DNA of 64,000 nt from Bacillota bacterium (GTDB taxonomy: Bacteria; Bacillota; Sulfobacillia; Sulfobacillales; JAIMBI01). Under the pieces are notes generated by a model. The model was given only the letters and a program-made list of their open reading frames with translations. It had not been told where the DNA came from and searched no databases. The DNA lies in assembly GCA_021846505.1 (NCBI GenBank), contig JAJZWV010000009.1:11411-75410 (forward strand), given 5' to 3'. Position 1 is the first letter of the stretch; each line of letters starts with the position of its first letter. Both the position numbers and the translations under genes were made by a program. Of this stretch, positions 63,676 through 64,000 are shown in pieces.

Positions 63676-64000
63676 GTGAGGAGAGAGGGCGATGGCGGAC
63701 GCACTGCCCCGCCACCCATCACGAAAAGCCCGTACGAAGTGCTGGCCGCCTTTCGCCGCGAGTTGCGCACTTTTCTGCGGTTCAGCGAGCAGGCAGCGGC
63801 CCAGGTCGGCCTCACCCCGCAGCAGCATCAGCTGCTGCGGGCCATCAAAGGATACCCCGGACGTGAGTGGGCCACCATTTCTGAGTTGAGCGAGGTGCTC
63901 GCGCTGCGCCATCACAGCGTCGTAGGCATTATCGACGGATCCTGCCGCGCGGGCATTGTCCAGCGGCGCGCGCACGCAGACGATCACCGCTACATCGAGG
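63676..64000 (+). CDS. MarR-family transcriptional regulator, partial (3' end outside window), start uncertain
   Basis: Hand translation in the frame of 63676 gives ...SPYEVLAAFRRELRTFLRFSEQAAAQVGLTPQQHQLLRAIKGYPGREWATISELSEVLALRHHSVVGIID..., typical of MarR-type wHTH proteins. It is not in the ORF track because it runs off the edge. Confidence 0.6.
   Translation, partial: MRREGDGGRTAPPPITKSPYEVLAAFRRELRTFLRFSEQAAAQVGLTPQQHQLLRAIKGYPGREWATISELSEVLALRHHSVVGIIDGSCRAGIVQRRAHADDHRYIE

Overview
By eye this window is a very GC-rich (not computed), mostly core chromosomal segment of a Bacillota-type organism. That assignment rests on a CodY homologue, a SigI/RsgI pair, ZapA, T-box leaders, and the Bacillus-like blocks trmH-pheS-pheT-zapA...mutS2, infC-rpmI-rplT and yebC-ruvCAB. 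About 45 kb on the left is almost entirely minus-strand. It carries pxpBCA, a decayed PLP enzyme gene, an ABC system with two ATPases and a 722-aa membrane protein, and a GAF-GGDEF protein. It continues with fatty-acid genes plus a DesK/NarL-type two-component pair, then a tightly coupled gdh-methylmalonyl-CoA operon. Further along are yajC, sigI-rsgI, ruvCAB, nadE, tyrS, mutS2, pheST and infC-rpmI-rplT. The right part holds a plus-strand formate dehydrogenase operon, a sugar ABC operon with embedded surE, an atypical response regulator, thrS, decayed genes, a radical SAM gene, three tRNAs and a partial marR-type gene. I found no CRISPR, IS element, integrase or phage module, and no convincing new multi-gene defence-type system. 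The strongest non-trivial signals are as follows. (1) An in-frame UGA with an fdhF-like SECIS hairpin in the formate dehydrogenase catalytic gene. (2) That alpha subunit is split, with its own N-terminal Fe-S module encoded last in the operon. (3) An unlisted 62-codon ORF coupled at both ends between the carboxyltransferase and BCCP genes. (4) A 7-unit 8-bp tandem array in front of a BNR-repeat gene that the ORF track misses because it runs off the edge. (5) Two T-box leaders, an infC ATA start with a leader attenuator, three decayed loci, a shortened CodY and a pseudo-receiver OmpR-type regulator. All homology calls come from motif recognition by eye and memory; no database search was run.
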